Part shown: in pieces, positions 36,000 to 45,300 of the stretch
How the letters are laid out: each line of letters begins with the position of its first letter
Position numbering within the stretch: the first letter of the stretch is position 1
Source of the DNA: a virus
Taxonomy: Duplodnaviria; Caudoviricetes
Length of the DNA: 64,000 nt
Strand: one strand, 5' to 3'
Virus record (IMG/VR): IMGVR_UViG_3300029305_011788
Coordinates: 8,227 to 72,226 of that record
Notes under the pieces: generated by a model
What the model saw: the letters and a program-made list of their open reading frames with translations, nothing else
What the model was told of the DNA's origin: nothing
The model's database searches: none
Translations under genes and position numbers: made by a program

Positions 36000-36171
36000 G
36001 ACGTTTTCTCCTCTCTTCCTGAATCGGACACCAGCCATCGTAGAAACAATGCTTGCAGTCCGTGTAGTGGCATTTGCCGTCATGATTCAGAATGCTGTGA
36101 ATCCAGACCGCCTGAAAAACGATCATAAACAACATCAGAATCCAGTTCAGAATCGCTAAGACCATGTTCAT
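35983..36171 (-). CDS. Small membrane-anchored Cys-rich protein
   Basis: N-terminal hydrophobic helix, CxxxxCxxC cluster. Confidence 0.55.
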   Translation of the reverse strand: MNMVLAILNWILMLFMIVFQAVWIHSILNHDGKCHYTDCKHCFYDGWCPIQEERRKRHDRKQ

Positions 36172-36467
36172 ACCTCCGTATCTTTTCTCATAATGCAGTA
36201 TCTCGTGCGGCAGCTACCAGAACAGAAACGTCTGCGTCTGCCGCGCCGCGGCTGTTTCAGCTTTATGCCGCAGAAGGCGCAGCGGTTATTCTCTCGGCAC
36301 CAGACATCGTGGTTTAGCCTGACAAGACCAGCATCTCCGGCAAGCCCATGCGACTTGCAGTAGAGCTGTACCAAATGCTCGTCCAGATTCAGTGTCTTGC
36401 CGATGACGTGATATCCGATGCCCTGCATCCGCATACTGAGGATCTGCTGCTTTTGTGTGTCGGTCAT
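36168..36467 (-). CDS. HTH plus zinc-finger protein
   Basis: QILSMRMQGIGYHVIGKTL HTH-like, CAFCG...RFCSGSCR. Confidence 0.75.
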   Translation of the reverse strand: MTDTQKQQILSMRMQGIGYHVIGKTLNLDEHLVQLYCKSHGLAGDAGLVRLNHDVWCRENNRCAFCGIKLKQPRRGRRRRFCSGSCRTRYCIMRKDTEV

Positions 36468-36754
36468 ATCCTCACATCCTCAAAATGGCTTTACTACGCA
36501 CCTTTTCGGTATCCACACGGGCTGCGCCCAGTGAAAAACGGCGGAAGCATAAAAACGCTGAAAATGATGTTTTTCGCTTGTTTTTTGCGTGAAAAATCGT
36601 CGTTTTTCACCGTTTTCATTAACGAAATAGCGCAGTGCCGCTTTGAAAGGAGAAGATGTAGTATGCCATCTGAAATATCGCATAGAATCAAGATTTTCCG
36701 TTGCCGCCGTTTCCGTTGGCGGCTCTATTTTTTTCAACTGTCAGGGTCCCAGAC

Positions 36755-36875
36755 GGGCGGGGGGCCTTCAATTTCGCGTTTTTTAACACGAGAGGGGCCG
36801 ACGGTCTTGTGCTGCCCTCATTTTAGAGATTTCGACCCGCCCCGGGGCAGCCCCAGCCCCCAGCCCCCGCCCCAT
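36755..36875 (-). other. Candidate cos / packaging initiation region
   Basis: Non-coding G-run tract then GGGCGGGTCGAAATCTCT...GACCGTCGGCCCCTC...CGCGAAATT just downstream of the HNH gene; inference from HNH-cos-terminase layout. Confidence 0.5.
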
Positions 36876-36927
36876 AGGTACACCCCTGAGCCAAGTCTGA
36901 ATCGCAGAGTAGGTCGGTGAGCCGCAT

Positions 36928-37287
36928 TCAGTACTTGTACTCAGGGGTGTGATCTTCGTTTCGGGTCTTGATGCTGTGGTGACGGTGGCAAAGGCTCTGC
37001 CAGTTGCTTTGATCCCAGAAGAGAACGCTGTCTCCTCGGTGCGGCTTGATGTGATCCACATCAGTCGCCTTGACGTAGCGTCCCTGCTTCAAGCACTCCA
37101 CACACAGCGGATGGGTCTCAAGGTAACGCTTGCGGGCTTTGTTCCACGCTGTGCCGTAGCCTCGGCTGCCTGCGGAACGTGTATCCTCCGGATGAAGGGA
37201 ACGATGCTTGTCACAGTACTTCGTACCATAAGGAACGAGCGCCGCACAGCCGGGATGCCGGCATGGAGTATTTGGTCTCTTAGGCAT
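36928..37287 (-). CDS. Terminase-associated HNH endonuclease (gp74-like)
   Basis: RGYGTAW, HPLCVEC, VDHIKPHRGD, NWQSLCHRHHSIKT. Confidence 0.92.
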   Translation of the reverse strand: MPKRPNTPCRHPGCAALVPYGTKYCDKHRSLHPEDTRSAGSRGYGTAWNKARKRYLETHPLCVECLKQGRYVKATDVDHIKPHRGDSVLFWDQSNWQSLCHRHHSIKTRNEDHTPEYKY

Positions 37288-37399
37288 TGGCTTCACCTCC
37301 GCTTGCCAGCTCTTGTAAAAGAGCCTCTACTATATACCGTTTCAGGGGGGCAAAATGGCGGGGTGGTTTGGAAATTTTTTTCAAAAACCTCAAAATTTT

Positions 37400-38494
37400 T
37401 CAGTACTCCCACGGAAGCCCCTGCTTTCCGAAGTGTCCGTAGGCGGAAACCTTGTTATAATCTACATCCAGCAGACCAAGGCTCTCGATGATGCCCCTCG
37501 GCGTAAGGTCGTAGTTTTCACGGACATACTGGTTGATAAACTCAGCGTCCTGATGCTCCGTACCGAAGGTCTCCACATAGACCGACACGGGCTCTGCCAC
37601 ACCGATGGCGTATGAAATCTGCACCTCTGCCTTGTCTGCGTATCCGGCACTGACGATGTCCCTTGCGATCTTGCGGGCGGCATACGCACCGCTGCGGTCG
37701 ACCTTGGACGGATCCTTGCCGGACATTGCACCGCCGCCGATGTGTCCGATGCCGCCGTAGGTGTCGCAGGCGAGCTTGCGCCCGGTCACACCGCAGTCAG
37801 CAAAAGAGCTGCCGAGGACAAAACGGCCGGTCGGATTCACGAGCTTTGTGAAGTCGGTGTTCAGCCCGTATTCAGTGGCAGTTCGGATCATGATGCTCTC
37901 GATGATCTCACGGAAGTCATCAACCTCAACATCACGGAGATGCTGTACCGAACAGAGGAAGGTCGTGATCCTGCCGGTATCATAATCAAAGCTGACCTGC
38001 GCCTTGGCATCGGCTTTGAGCATACGACAGGGGTAGGCTTTCAGCAGTTCCAGAGATCTGGTCGCCAGCGCGAAGGGGATCGGGAGCAGTTCCGGCGTTT
38101 CGTTGGTCGCATAACCGTACATCATACCCTGATCTCCTGCACCGCCGGTATTCACACCGAGAGCAATATCGTTGCTCTGGTGATCGATCAGAATGGCGAT
38201 GTCAAGATCATCTGCTGTGAAGTCCAGCTTATAGTCAAGTCCTGCATCTGCGCTCTCTGCACCGCCGTTGTTGATGCAGTCAAACACCTGCTGCACAAGT
38301 GCCTTATAATCCGGCTCATGTGTGCTTATCAGTTCACCGGCGATCACAAGGCAGCGGTTCTTGAAAAGGCACTCGATTGCAACACGGCTACTACGGTCAT
38401 GGCGAAGGCAGTCGGTCACAATGGCATCTGCGATCTGGTCACAGATCTTGTCGGGGTGTCCAGCGGATACCTGTTCACTTGTAATGATTCTCAT
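37400..38494 (-). CDS. metK: S-adenosylmethionine synthetase
   Basis: SEQVSAGHPDKICDQIAD, GAGDQG, DAKAQV, GVTGRK, GGGAMSGKDPSKVDRS. Confidence 0.95.
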   Translation of the reverse strand: MRIITSEQVSAGHPDKICDQIADAIVTDCLRHDRSSRVAIECLFKNRCLVIAGELISTHEPDYKALVQQVFDCINNGGAESADAGLDYKLDFTADDLDIAILIDHQSNDIALGVNTGGAGDQGMMYGYATNETPELLPIPFALATRSLELLKAYPCRMLKADAKAQVSFDYDTGRITTFLCSVQHLRDVEVDDFREIIESIMIRTATEYGLNTDFTKLVNPTGRFVLGSSFADCGVTGRKLACDTYGGIGHIGGGAMSGKDPSKVDRSGAYAARKIARDIVSAGYADKAEVQISYAIGVAEPVSVYVETFGTEHQDAEFINQYVRENYDLTPRGIIESLGLLDVDYNKVSAYGHFGKQGLPWEY

Positions 38495-38642
38495 ATTCTT
38501 GTTCCTCCTGAATGATTGATCGTTGGATTTTGACCTTGCCACGCTTTGTCGCTTACACACTCTTTGTCAGTGACAGCATCGGGCAAGGTTCAAAACATGA
38601 TTTTTCCCTATTCTTCTTATCTTTTCTATTATTTTTATTTAT

Positions 38643-38733
38643 TTGGGGCAAGTAGGGGCAAGTAAAAATAGTAATATATATAAGAGAAGTAATAATAATA
38701 ACCACCGAAAAAACTTGCCCCACGCTGCCCCAA
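38643..38733. repeat. 21-bp inverted repeats around an AT-rich core; candidate replication origin
   Basis: TTGGGGCAAGTAGGGGCAAGT (38643) / ACTTGCCCCACGCTGCCCCAA (38713), just downstream of primase-helicase. Confidence 0.6.
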
Positions 38734-38771
38734 CTGCGGAAAACAGCGTAAATACGGAGAAAAGTCTGCGT

Positions 38772-41201
38772 TCACTCTAAAGCTGCAAACTCCTCCGGCT
38801 CGTCAGCTTCGCCGTTTTCATGATCCAGGAAACGACAGCCCACAAGCATCGTTGTTTTCTGCGCACCCTTTGTATCGTTCGGGCGCTTGCGGATAATCGG
38901 GAAAAAACGCTGGATCGCGTTATTGAAGTTGGTGCTGTTCTCCTTGCGGTAGCCATACTTATCGCACCATTCACCGTACAGCTTATATGCCGCAGAGGTT
39001 CGGACTTCAAATGCTTCGCCTTCTTCGAGCCACGCATCCACAAACTGCCCGATGCGGTCAGACTCCTCCTGATACTCCTTGGTTGCCTGAGATACAGCAG
39101 CCGGATCTTCCAGACCTTCGGAACGGAACCGCTTATATCCCTCATAGCACCAGTTGAAGATGGCAGAGAGACAGACATCCGTACTGAAAAACGCCTTCAA
39201 TCCCTTGTCCTGCTCATGTTCCTCGAAATGACGTTTGAATGGGATGAGCTTTAGACGATTGGAATAAAACAGCGTCATATCGGACACGGACGGTTTGTAA
39301 TTCGTATTGATGAAGATCTTGAAATTCGGTCGGAAGTCAAAAGAATTCTCGTGCAGGAAGCGGGCATTCAGTGTATCGTTACCTGTCATTCTCTTGACAA
39401 GTGCTGCATTGAAGGTGATCTTCTTCTCCGGCTCGGAGATATTGACAAAACGGACACCCGCAAGGCGAGCAATCTCCTCAGACGGTCCGGACGCATTGGT
39501 GTTGCCGAATTTTGTAGACAGCATTTCCGGATTGGAGGTCTTGCCGTAATCACCCATAATTTTGAGAAAGGTCTCCATTGTGGTACCTTTACCGTTTCGG
39601 GAGGTAGCACCGTAGAGGATGAACAGGCATTCAAGCGATGTGTCGCCTGTGAGAGCATAGCCGAGAGCCTTCTGCAAGTATAATGCGAGGTCAGCATCGT
39701 TACACATAACTTCGGAAATGAACTGCTCCCATCTCGGACAGGTGGCATTCGGATCATAAGTGACGCCGGACATCATGGTGAGAAAGTCTGCCGGATCGTG
39801 CGGACGGAATTCACCTGTGGTGAGGTTCAGTGTACCGTTCTGACAGTTGAACAGATCAGTATTGCGGTCAAAGATAGCGTGCGGCACAGGATACACGGAT
39901 TTCGCATCTTCAATCATGGTGCGGCGGTTCTTCCGCATCTGCAGCTTTTGAACACGCTTGATGTAACGGTTGCGGGTGTCCTCATCCTTGATCTGAAGGG
40001 CAAAGGTATACAGCCTGTCTGCCAGACGCTTTGCAAGCTCCGCCACAGCAAGCGCGTTCTCATCCGGCTGCCACACCTTTCCGTCAAAGACATACCAGAT
40101 GCCGCGTTCACGGTCGAAACGAGCGATGGGCTTATAATAATCTGCAAAAGCATAGCCGATGCCGATCTCGTCACGCTGATAGCGGGGATTCGTGTGCGGC
40201 TGCATTTCTTCCAATGTCAGAGAAACATGGGTGAGATCCGGCTCAAACATAAGCTGCTCATTTTCCGCATCGCCCTCGATATCGTCAAAGTCATCCTCTG
40301 CCGTAGAATCTGCAATTGGTGTATAGACAGCGGAATTGGTAGCGACAGCATTGCGAATAGTGATCTGTCCGTAGGTCGCATCACCGGTCTTGCGATCCCA
40401 CTTATCACGCATAAGTCCAGAGGTGCGGAAGATACGGTCGATCTGCTCCTCCACATTGCCGCACCAGAAGCAGAGCATGGACACGAATGCCATATCTGCA
40501 TCGGACTGCGAATCATAGCCTTCCTCCCAGTTGCCCTCGTAAAGCGCTTTGAACTTGTCGCCGGATTCAGATGCCAGTGCATGAGCGATCACGCCATCGT
40601 CATCCAGATAAGACGATGCTTCAATGGTTTTTGCAGACATACGAGTGCTGCGCTTCATGAAGGTGTCAAGCAGATTGCGGAGCGCATCATCGTCACGCTC
40701 CACTGTGCCGGGGCGGAACATATCGCCCGTAACGGTTACAAAGCGGTTGGTCGTTCCCGGCAGATAGACCTCCAGTCCGTGCTTGCGATTGTTGATGTAG
40801 TACACGGTCTTATCGTAGGCGAAATCAGGGCTGAGTTTGAAGAAGCCTCGCAGTCCGGTACCGGAGGGAGAGCGTTCAAAGTAAGCAGTTGAGAAGATAC
40901 CGAGAATGGATGCAGCCACATCATTCAGGCTTCCGTCTTCACGGATACAGTGGTCAATATCAATGGCACCGATACCCTCGCTGACACGGTAGCCGATGCC
41001 GTCCCATCCGCCGATGGCGTACGCCTTCATTGCGGTCTTGAAGTCAGTGAAGGTAGACGGATCGTTGGTTCTCGCCATTGCGCCAGTGCGTGGATTATAC
41101 GGCACTTTGGTGGGGCGACCGCTGCGCTTCTCCATCTTCCATACACAGAACGATGCAGACTGTTTCAGCACATCGGGGATATTCACGAAATTTACAGACA
41201 T
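38772..41201 (-). CDS. Primase-polymerase (NrS-1/AEP-like) fused to D5/P4-type SF3 helicase
   Basis: KVPY, IDIDHC, ERSPSGTGL; SQSDAD; NCQNGTLNL; GATSRNGKGT Walker A; TGNDTLNARFLH. Confidence 0.9.
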   Translation of the reverse strand: MSVNFVNIPDVLKQSASFCVWKMEKRSGRPTKVPYNPRTGAMARTNDPSTFTDFKTAMKAYAIGGWDGIGYRVSEGIGAIDIDHCIREDGSLNDVAASILGIFSTAYFERSPSGTGLRGFFKLSPDFAYDKTVYYINNRKHGLEVYLPGTTNRFVTVTGDMFRPGTVERDDDALRNLLDTFMKRSTRMSAKTIEASSYLDDDGVIAHALASESGDKFKALYEGNWEEGYDSQSDADMAFVSMLCFWCGNVEEQIDRIFRTSGLMRDKWDRKTGDATYGQITIRNAVATNSAVYTPIADSTAEDDFDDIEGDAENEQLMFEPDLTHVSLTLEEMQPHTNPRYQRDEIGIGYAFADYYKPIARFDRERGIWYVFDGKVWQPDENALAVAELAKRLADRLYTFALQIKDEDTRNRYIKRVQKLQMRKNRRTMIEDAKSVYPVPHAIFDRNTDLFNCQNGTLNLTTGEFRPHDPADFLTMMSGVTYDPNATCPRWEQFISEVMCNDADLALYLQKALGYALTGDTSLECLFILYGATSRNGKGTTMETFLKIMGDYGKTSNPEMLSTKFGNTNASGPSEEIARLAGVRFVNISEPEKKITFNAALVKRMTGNDTLNARFLHENSFDFRPNFKIFINTNYKPSVSDMTLFYSNRLKLIPFKRHFEEHEQDKGLKAFFSTDVCLSAIFNWCYEGYKRFRSEGLEDPAAVSQATKEYQEESDRIGQFVDAWLEEGEAFEVRTSAAYKLYGEWCDKYGYRKENSTNFNNAIQRFFPIIRKRPNDTKGAQKTTMLVGCRFLDHENGEADEPEEFAALE

Positions 41202-41698
41202 TCAGGTTCGCTCCTTTCCATAATTTTTTCCAGCGCAAACTGTGACAGCACCGCATTCTCGATGCGGTTCATCGCTTCATCATCGGAAATATGCCCTGCA
41301 TAGGTTCTCAGTGCATACTTACTGATGGTGGTAAGCTGCTCTGCCAACACCATTGACGGTGCGAGAAGCTGACTGCCGCCGGTGACGCTGTGCGGATCAA
41401 GCTGTGTATGACAGGGCAGCTCCGGCTTCTTCAGATGCTTGGTCATCGGAAGCACATTGACGGTGTCAGCGTGAGCGTTGCCGATGTTGTTGGAGATAAT
41501 AACAACGGGGCGTGTGCCGGACTGCACACTGGAATTGGGATGTGCGCCGAGGTTGGCAAACCAGACGTCTCCGCGCTGCGGCGTGCGGTCTGGGAGAACA
41601 TATCCCGTGCGCTGCACTGGTGCAGAGATATACTTCCTCGGATCAAAGCCGAGCCCTCTGTGGTATTCGATTTTCATACGGTTATTCTTTCGAGCCAT
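41192..41698 (-). CDS. mazF: PemK/MazF-family endoribonuclease
   Basis: RGDVWFANL, SVQSGTRPVVIISN, VLAEQLTTISK. Confidence 0.85.
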   Translation of the reverse strand: MARKNNRMKIEYHRGLGFDPRKYISAPVQRTGYVLPDRTPQRGDVWFANLGAHPNSSVQSGTRPVVIISNNIGNAHADTVNVLPMTKHLKKPELPCHTQLDPHSVTGGSQLLAPSMVLAEQLTTISKYALRTYAGHISDDEAMNRIENAVLSQFALEKIMERSEPECL

Positions 41699-41767
41699 AT
41701 AATTTTCACCTCCACATTGTCATTTTTCACAATCACGAATCTGCGATATTTTTGTGAAAAAGTTGCT

Positions 41768-41796
41768 TTGAAAAAATTTCGGTTTTTTGCTATAAT
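41768..41796 (+). promoter_or_regulatory. Sigma-A promoter of the 82-aa moron
   Basis: TTGAAA-17-TATAAT with TG extension. Confidence 0.75.
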
Positions 41797-41841
41797 AGAA
41801 ATACAGCGAAAGCTGAATAAATACGGAGTGAGTGTGCAGTT

Positions 41842-42090
41842 ATGAAAAGGATTCAGGCGGCCTGCATCCTGCAGACACTCAGATTTCAGCAGAAGGAAGA
41901 CAGCGGTCTTTCCGTTGAAGCTATGCTGAAGCTGAATCGTTCTGAGGTGCAGAAATACAAGGCGCAGTTAGACAAGAACAAGACAAGATATAAGATCGAT
42001 GAGGAAAGCGAACAGCCGGACGGCGCGATCATTGTTCGTATCCGCAAGGAATACAACAACGGTGCCGCTGTCGGCGAATACTTCGACTAA
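41842..42090 (+). CDS. 82-aa hypothetical moron
   Basis: Own promoter and terminator, opposite strand to operon. Confidence 0.75.
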   Translation: MKRIQAACILQTLRFQQKEDSGLSVEAMLKLNRSEVQKYKAQLDKNKTRYKIDEESEQPDGAIIVRIRKEYNNGAAVGEYFD

Positions 42091-42103
42091 TCGATATCAC
42101 CCG

Positions 42104-42134
42104 GAGAGCAGTCCACAGTGGCTGCTCTCTTTTT
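42104..42134 (+). terminator. Intrinsic terminator
   Basis: GAGAGCAG/CTGCTCTC stem followed by T5. Confidence 0.75.
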
Positions 42135-42207
42135 CGTTACCGATTTGTCGCCGCTTTGCCGTCTTTCTGTCGTCAATAAAGGGCAGATCATACGGACTGT
42201 ATATTGG

Positions 42208-43578
42208 TTACAATCTTGCTTTGACCGCTGCGATCAGCTTCTCCTGCGTCACATCCTTTGAAGCAAGTGCTTTGAGTACATCCTCGTCCACAGTGTCTTT
42301 TGTTACGATGTGGTGGATCGTGACAGTGTTCTGCTGTCCCTGCCGCCAGAGTCTTGCGTTGGTCTGCTGATAAAGCTCCAGACTCCACGTCAGTCCGAAC
42401 CAGATCAGGATATGACCGCCGGACTGAATATTGAGTCCATGTCCTGCCGATGCAGGGTGTATCAGAGCAACAGCAATCTTTCCGGCGTTCCAGTCTGTAA
42501 TATCGTCGGAATCCTTAATATCCCTCGGAGCATAACCACAGGCGGTCAGATGCTCTATAATTCGGGTGCGGTCATGCTTGAACCAGTAACCGATCAGCAC
42601 AGGCTGTCCATTTGCTGCTTCGATCAGATCTTCCAGCATTTCCAGCTTTCGACTGTGAATGGTGCGCGCTTCCTTATTTTCGTCATAGACAGCACCGTTC
42701 GCCATTTGCAGGAGCTTATTACTGAGACTCGCAGCGTTGGCAGCATCAATATCGCCGTCCTCAAGTGGAATAATAAGGTCGTGCTTCATTTGATCGTAGA
42801 GCTTTCGCTCCGCCGCATTCATCTCGACCTCATGATTGACATACACGCACTCCGGCATATCCAGATAATCCAGTGCTTTCATGGATATTGTAATATCAGA
42901 AATTTTCTGATATATCTGTTCTTCTGCTCCGGGACGGGGTGTATACGAGAACACCACACCCGTACTCGGATTCATGCTGCCGGGTTTGAAGTAGCTTTCA
43001 CGAAAGCGCCCGATGAATCGTCCGAGCCTTTCGCCGCCGTCAAGGATACCGATTTCCGCCCACAGATCCATCAGACCGTTGGATGTCGGCGTTCCTGTCA
43101 GCCCGACCCAGCGTTTCACGAACGGGCGCACCTTCCGAAGCCACTTGAAACGCTGTGACTGATAATTTTTGAAGGAACTCAGCTCGTCAATGACGATCAT
43201 GTCAAAATCCCAGCGCAGGCCGTTTTTCTCGTAATACTCCACAAGCCATTTCACGTTCTCACGATTCACGATGTAAATAAAAGCATTATGATTGACTGCG
43301 GCGGTGCGCTCCTTGACGCTGCCGACAATGACAGATATTTCAAGATTCTGCAAATGATCCCACTTTTTCACTTCGGCAGGCCATGTGTCACGGGCTACTC
43401 TAAGGGGTGCGATCACAAGCACCTTGTTCACTTTCAGCTCGTCAAACATCAGGGCGTTGAGGGCTGTCAGCGTGATGATCGTCTTGCCGAGTCCCATGTC
43501 CAGGAATAATGCCGAAACAGGATGCTCTCGAATATATTCGATACAGTACTTCTGGTAATCGTGGGGTGTGTATTTCAT
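42208..43578 (-). CDS. SNF2-family helicase
   Basis: FLDMGLGKT, VIDELSSFK, LTGTP, SAGHGLNIQ, QTNARLWRQGQ. Confidence 0.93.
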   Translation of the reverse strand: MKYTPHDYQKYCIEYIREHPVSALFLDMGLGKTIITLTALNALMFDELKVNKVLVIAPLRVARDTWPAEVKKWDHLQNLEISVIVGSVKERTAAVNHNAFIYIVNRENVKWLVEYYEKNGLRWDFDMIVIDELSSFKNYQSQRFKWLRKVRPFVKRWVGLTGTPTSNGLMDLWAEIGILDGGERLGRFIGRFRESYFKPGSMNPSTGVVFSYTPRPGAEEQIYQKISDITISMKALDYLDMPECVYVNHEVEMNAAERKLYDQMKHDLIIPLEDGDIDAANAASLSNKLLQMANGAVYDENKEARTIHSRKLEMLEDLIEAANGQPVLIGYWFKHDRTRIIEHLTACGYAPRDIKDSDDITDWNAGKIAVALIHPASAGHGLNIQSGGHILIWFGLTWSLELYQQTNARLWRQGQQNTVTIHHIVTKDTVDEDVLKALASKDVTQEKLIAAVKARL

Positions 43579-44042
43579 CCGGTATCATCCTCCAACTCAT
43601 AGAATCCTGCCAGATCGTCCGGATCAATCGGTTCCAGTGTCTCTCCGAAATCGTCCATCTCCGATGGCAGCGTTGTGATCTCCAGATCAGGTATCTTTGC
43701 TCCGATACCCTCCGAAAACGGTTCACCGGGTGTCCAAGTAAGGATCGCATCAATGCAGGGTCTGATCTGATACAGCTTGTCAATGCAGAGAACCGGAAAG
43801 CCCAGCTTCATAAGCTGGTATCTCCGTTTTCTTTGCAGCGGGCGCATCATTTTGCCCGGTGCTTTCAGCTCGACAAACACTGTCTTTGCAGGAAAGAACA
43901 GAACGAGTCTGTCCGGCAGCCCGTTCGCTGTCTGCGATGTCAGCTTATATGCCACACCACCCGCGGCCTTGACTGCCTTGACAAACTCGTTCTCAACAAC
44001 ATATTCTCTCAATGCCTGCCGTCCTTCCAGTATTCGCACCAT
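43575..44042 (-). CDS. VRR-NUC domain nuclease
   Basis: GLPDRLV, FVELKAPG, LQ-x4-QL motifs. Confidence 0.88.
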   Translation of the reverse strand: MVRILEGRQALREYVVENEFVKAVKAAGGVAYKLTSQTANGLPDRLVLFFPAKTVFVELKAPGKMMRPLQRKRRYQLMKLGFPVLCIDKLYQIRPCIDAILTWTPGEPFSEGIGAKIPDLEITTLPSEMDDFGETLEPIDPDDLAGFYELEDDTG

Positions 44043-44242
44043 CCGGACGGGAACGGCGTATGACAGCAGTTTCCGTAGAAGCGACAGTTCTCACAGCACT
44101 GGTCGTCTACATACAGTTCCTCGTCGCTGTGGTCGTAATCGTCATAGCCGCCGCGGGTGTAATTACAGATCTCCGGCACAGGATATCCGCGGCGTTTCCT
44201 GCGTGTTTTATATCCTTTTCTGTCTTTCCAAGTTCTGCTCAT
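44009..44242 (-). CDS. Small Cys-rich hypothetical protein
   Basis: CCENCRFY...WCEYW. Confidence 0.6.
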   Translation of the reverse strand: MSRTWKDRKGYKTRRKRRGYPVPEICNYTRGGYDDYDHSDEELYVDDQCCENCRFYGNCCHTPFPSGWCEYWKDGRH

Positions 44243-45288
44243 GCGTTGATCTCCTTCCACTGTGTTTTCGGCATGGTCGCTACCTGCCAGCCGATACCTT
44301 CCAGCGCAGTGGCTCTGTCGTAGGACTCTACATCCTGCGAAGCACGCGTGATGGCATTGCTCAGACCGTAGAGGGAGAGATCGCCGCCCTGAATCAGGTA
44401 ATTGAGAATGCTGTCCTGTTCCGGCTGATTGAGGTCATACGCCTTACCGGTCAGTTCAATGACATCCTGCACACGTCCTGTGATCTTTGCGCCGTGACTC
44501 TGCTCTAGTACGCCGACGATCTGAGTGAATCTTGCTTCTTCAATCGCGGCAAGCGTTGTGTCACGGAGTTTCAGCATAAATGCGTGGTCTTCCGCTTCAA
44601 GCGTTTCATCTGTATAGATATTGAAGCTGTCTTCCAGCGCCTTCGCAGCTCTGCCCACATGGGTACGGCGTTCGCCCATACTGTTGACCACCATACCATT
44701 GGTGCAGGCAAGCGTATAAACAAGCGGCTGCACGGAAACTGCGCCGAGTCCGACTTCGGAATTGGAAATGATAACGCCCGCCTGAACTCTGTCTCCGACA
44801 CACGCCATTTCAAGGCGGTGATTGACGATCTTCAGATACAGCTTGTTCTCCGTGACCTCACAGCTCATGACCTCCATACCGTCCTGACCTGCGAACAACG
44901 GCAACACCGCCGATGCAATTTCCAGATTGTCGATGCGGCGATAGCGGTCAGAGAGGAGCGCACGGGCGACCTGTCCGCTGCCGTAGTCAAGCGTTCTGAC
45001 CATGTAGCTGTTGCCCTTGTCGGAGAACCATGCGTTCACGTTATCTGCCAGAAGCTCCGGCTTCTGTTTCTGCATCATATCATAATATCTCGCGGGGATA
45101 CCGAGTGCCGATGCCACCTGACGGTGAAAAAGCTGTGTAGTGCCGAAGCTGTGATCGTCTCCGATGTGGAAGGTGCTGCCGTCCTCGTCCAGACGGAATG
45201 CCTCCGCCGCACCGATATAGTCCTGCTTTGCCGAATTCTGACGCTGAAGCTCTGTCAGAACCTCCGGTAATGCTCGTCCCTGTTTCAT
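44239..45288 (-). CDS. DUF932-like protein
   Basis: RALLSDRYRRIDN, ISNSEVGLG, LACTNGMV, SLYGLSNAIT. Confidence 0.8.
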   Translation of the reverse strand: MKQGRALPEVLTELQRQNSAKQDYIGAAEAFRLDEDGSTFHIGDDHSFGTTQLFHRQVASALGIPARYYDMMQKQKPELLADNVNAWFSDKGNSYMVRTLDYGSGQVARALLSDRYRRIDNLEIASAVLPLFAGQDGMEVMSCEVTENKLYLKIVNHRLEMACVGDRVQAGVIISNSEVGLGAVSVQPLVYTLACTNGMVVNSMGERRTHVGRAAKALEDSFNIYTDETLEAEDHAFMLKLRDTTLAAIEEARFTQIVGVLEQSHGAKITGRVQDVIELTGKAYDLNQPEQDSILNYLIQGGDLSLYGLSNAITRASQDVESYDRATALEGIGWQVATMPKTQWKEINA

Positions 45289-45300
45289 AGAAATATCCTC

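Noticed and set aside
36480-36737. 85-aa ORF next to the cos-like region
   Set aside because: No RBS or motif, low-complexity A/T runs; more likely non-coding packaging or regulatory DNA.
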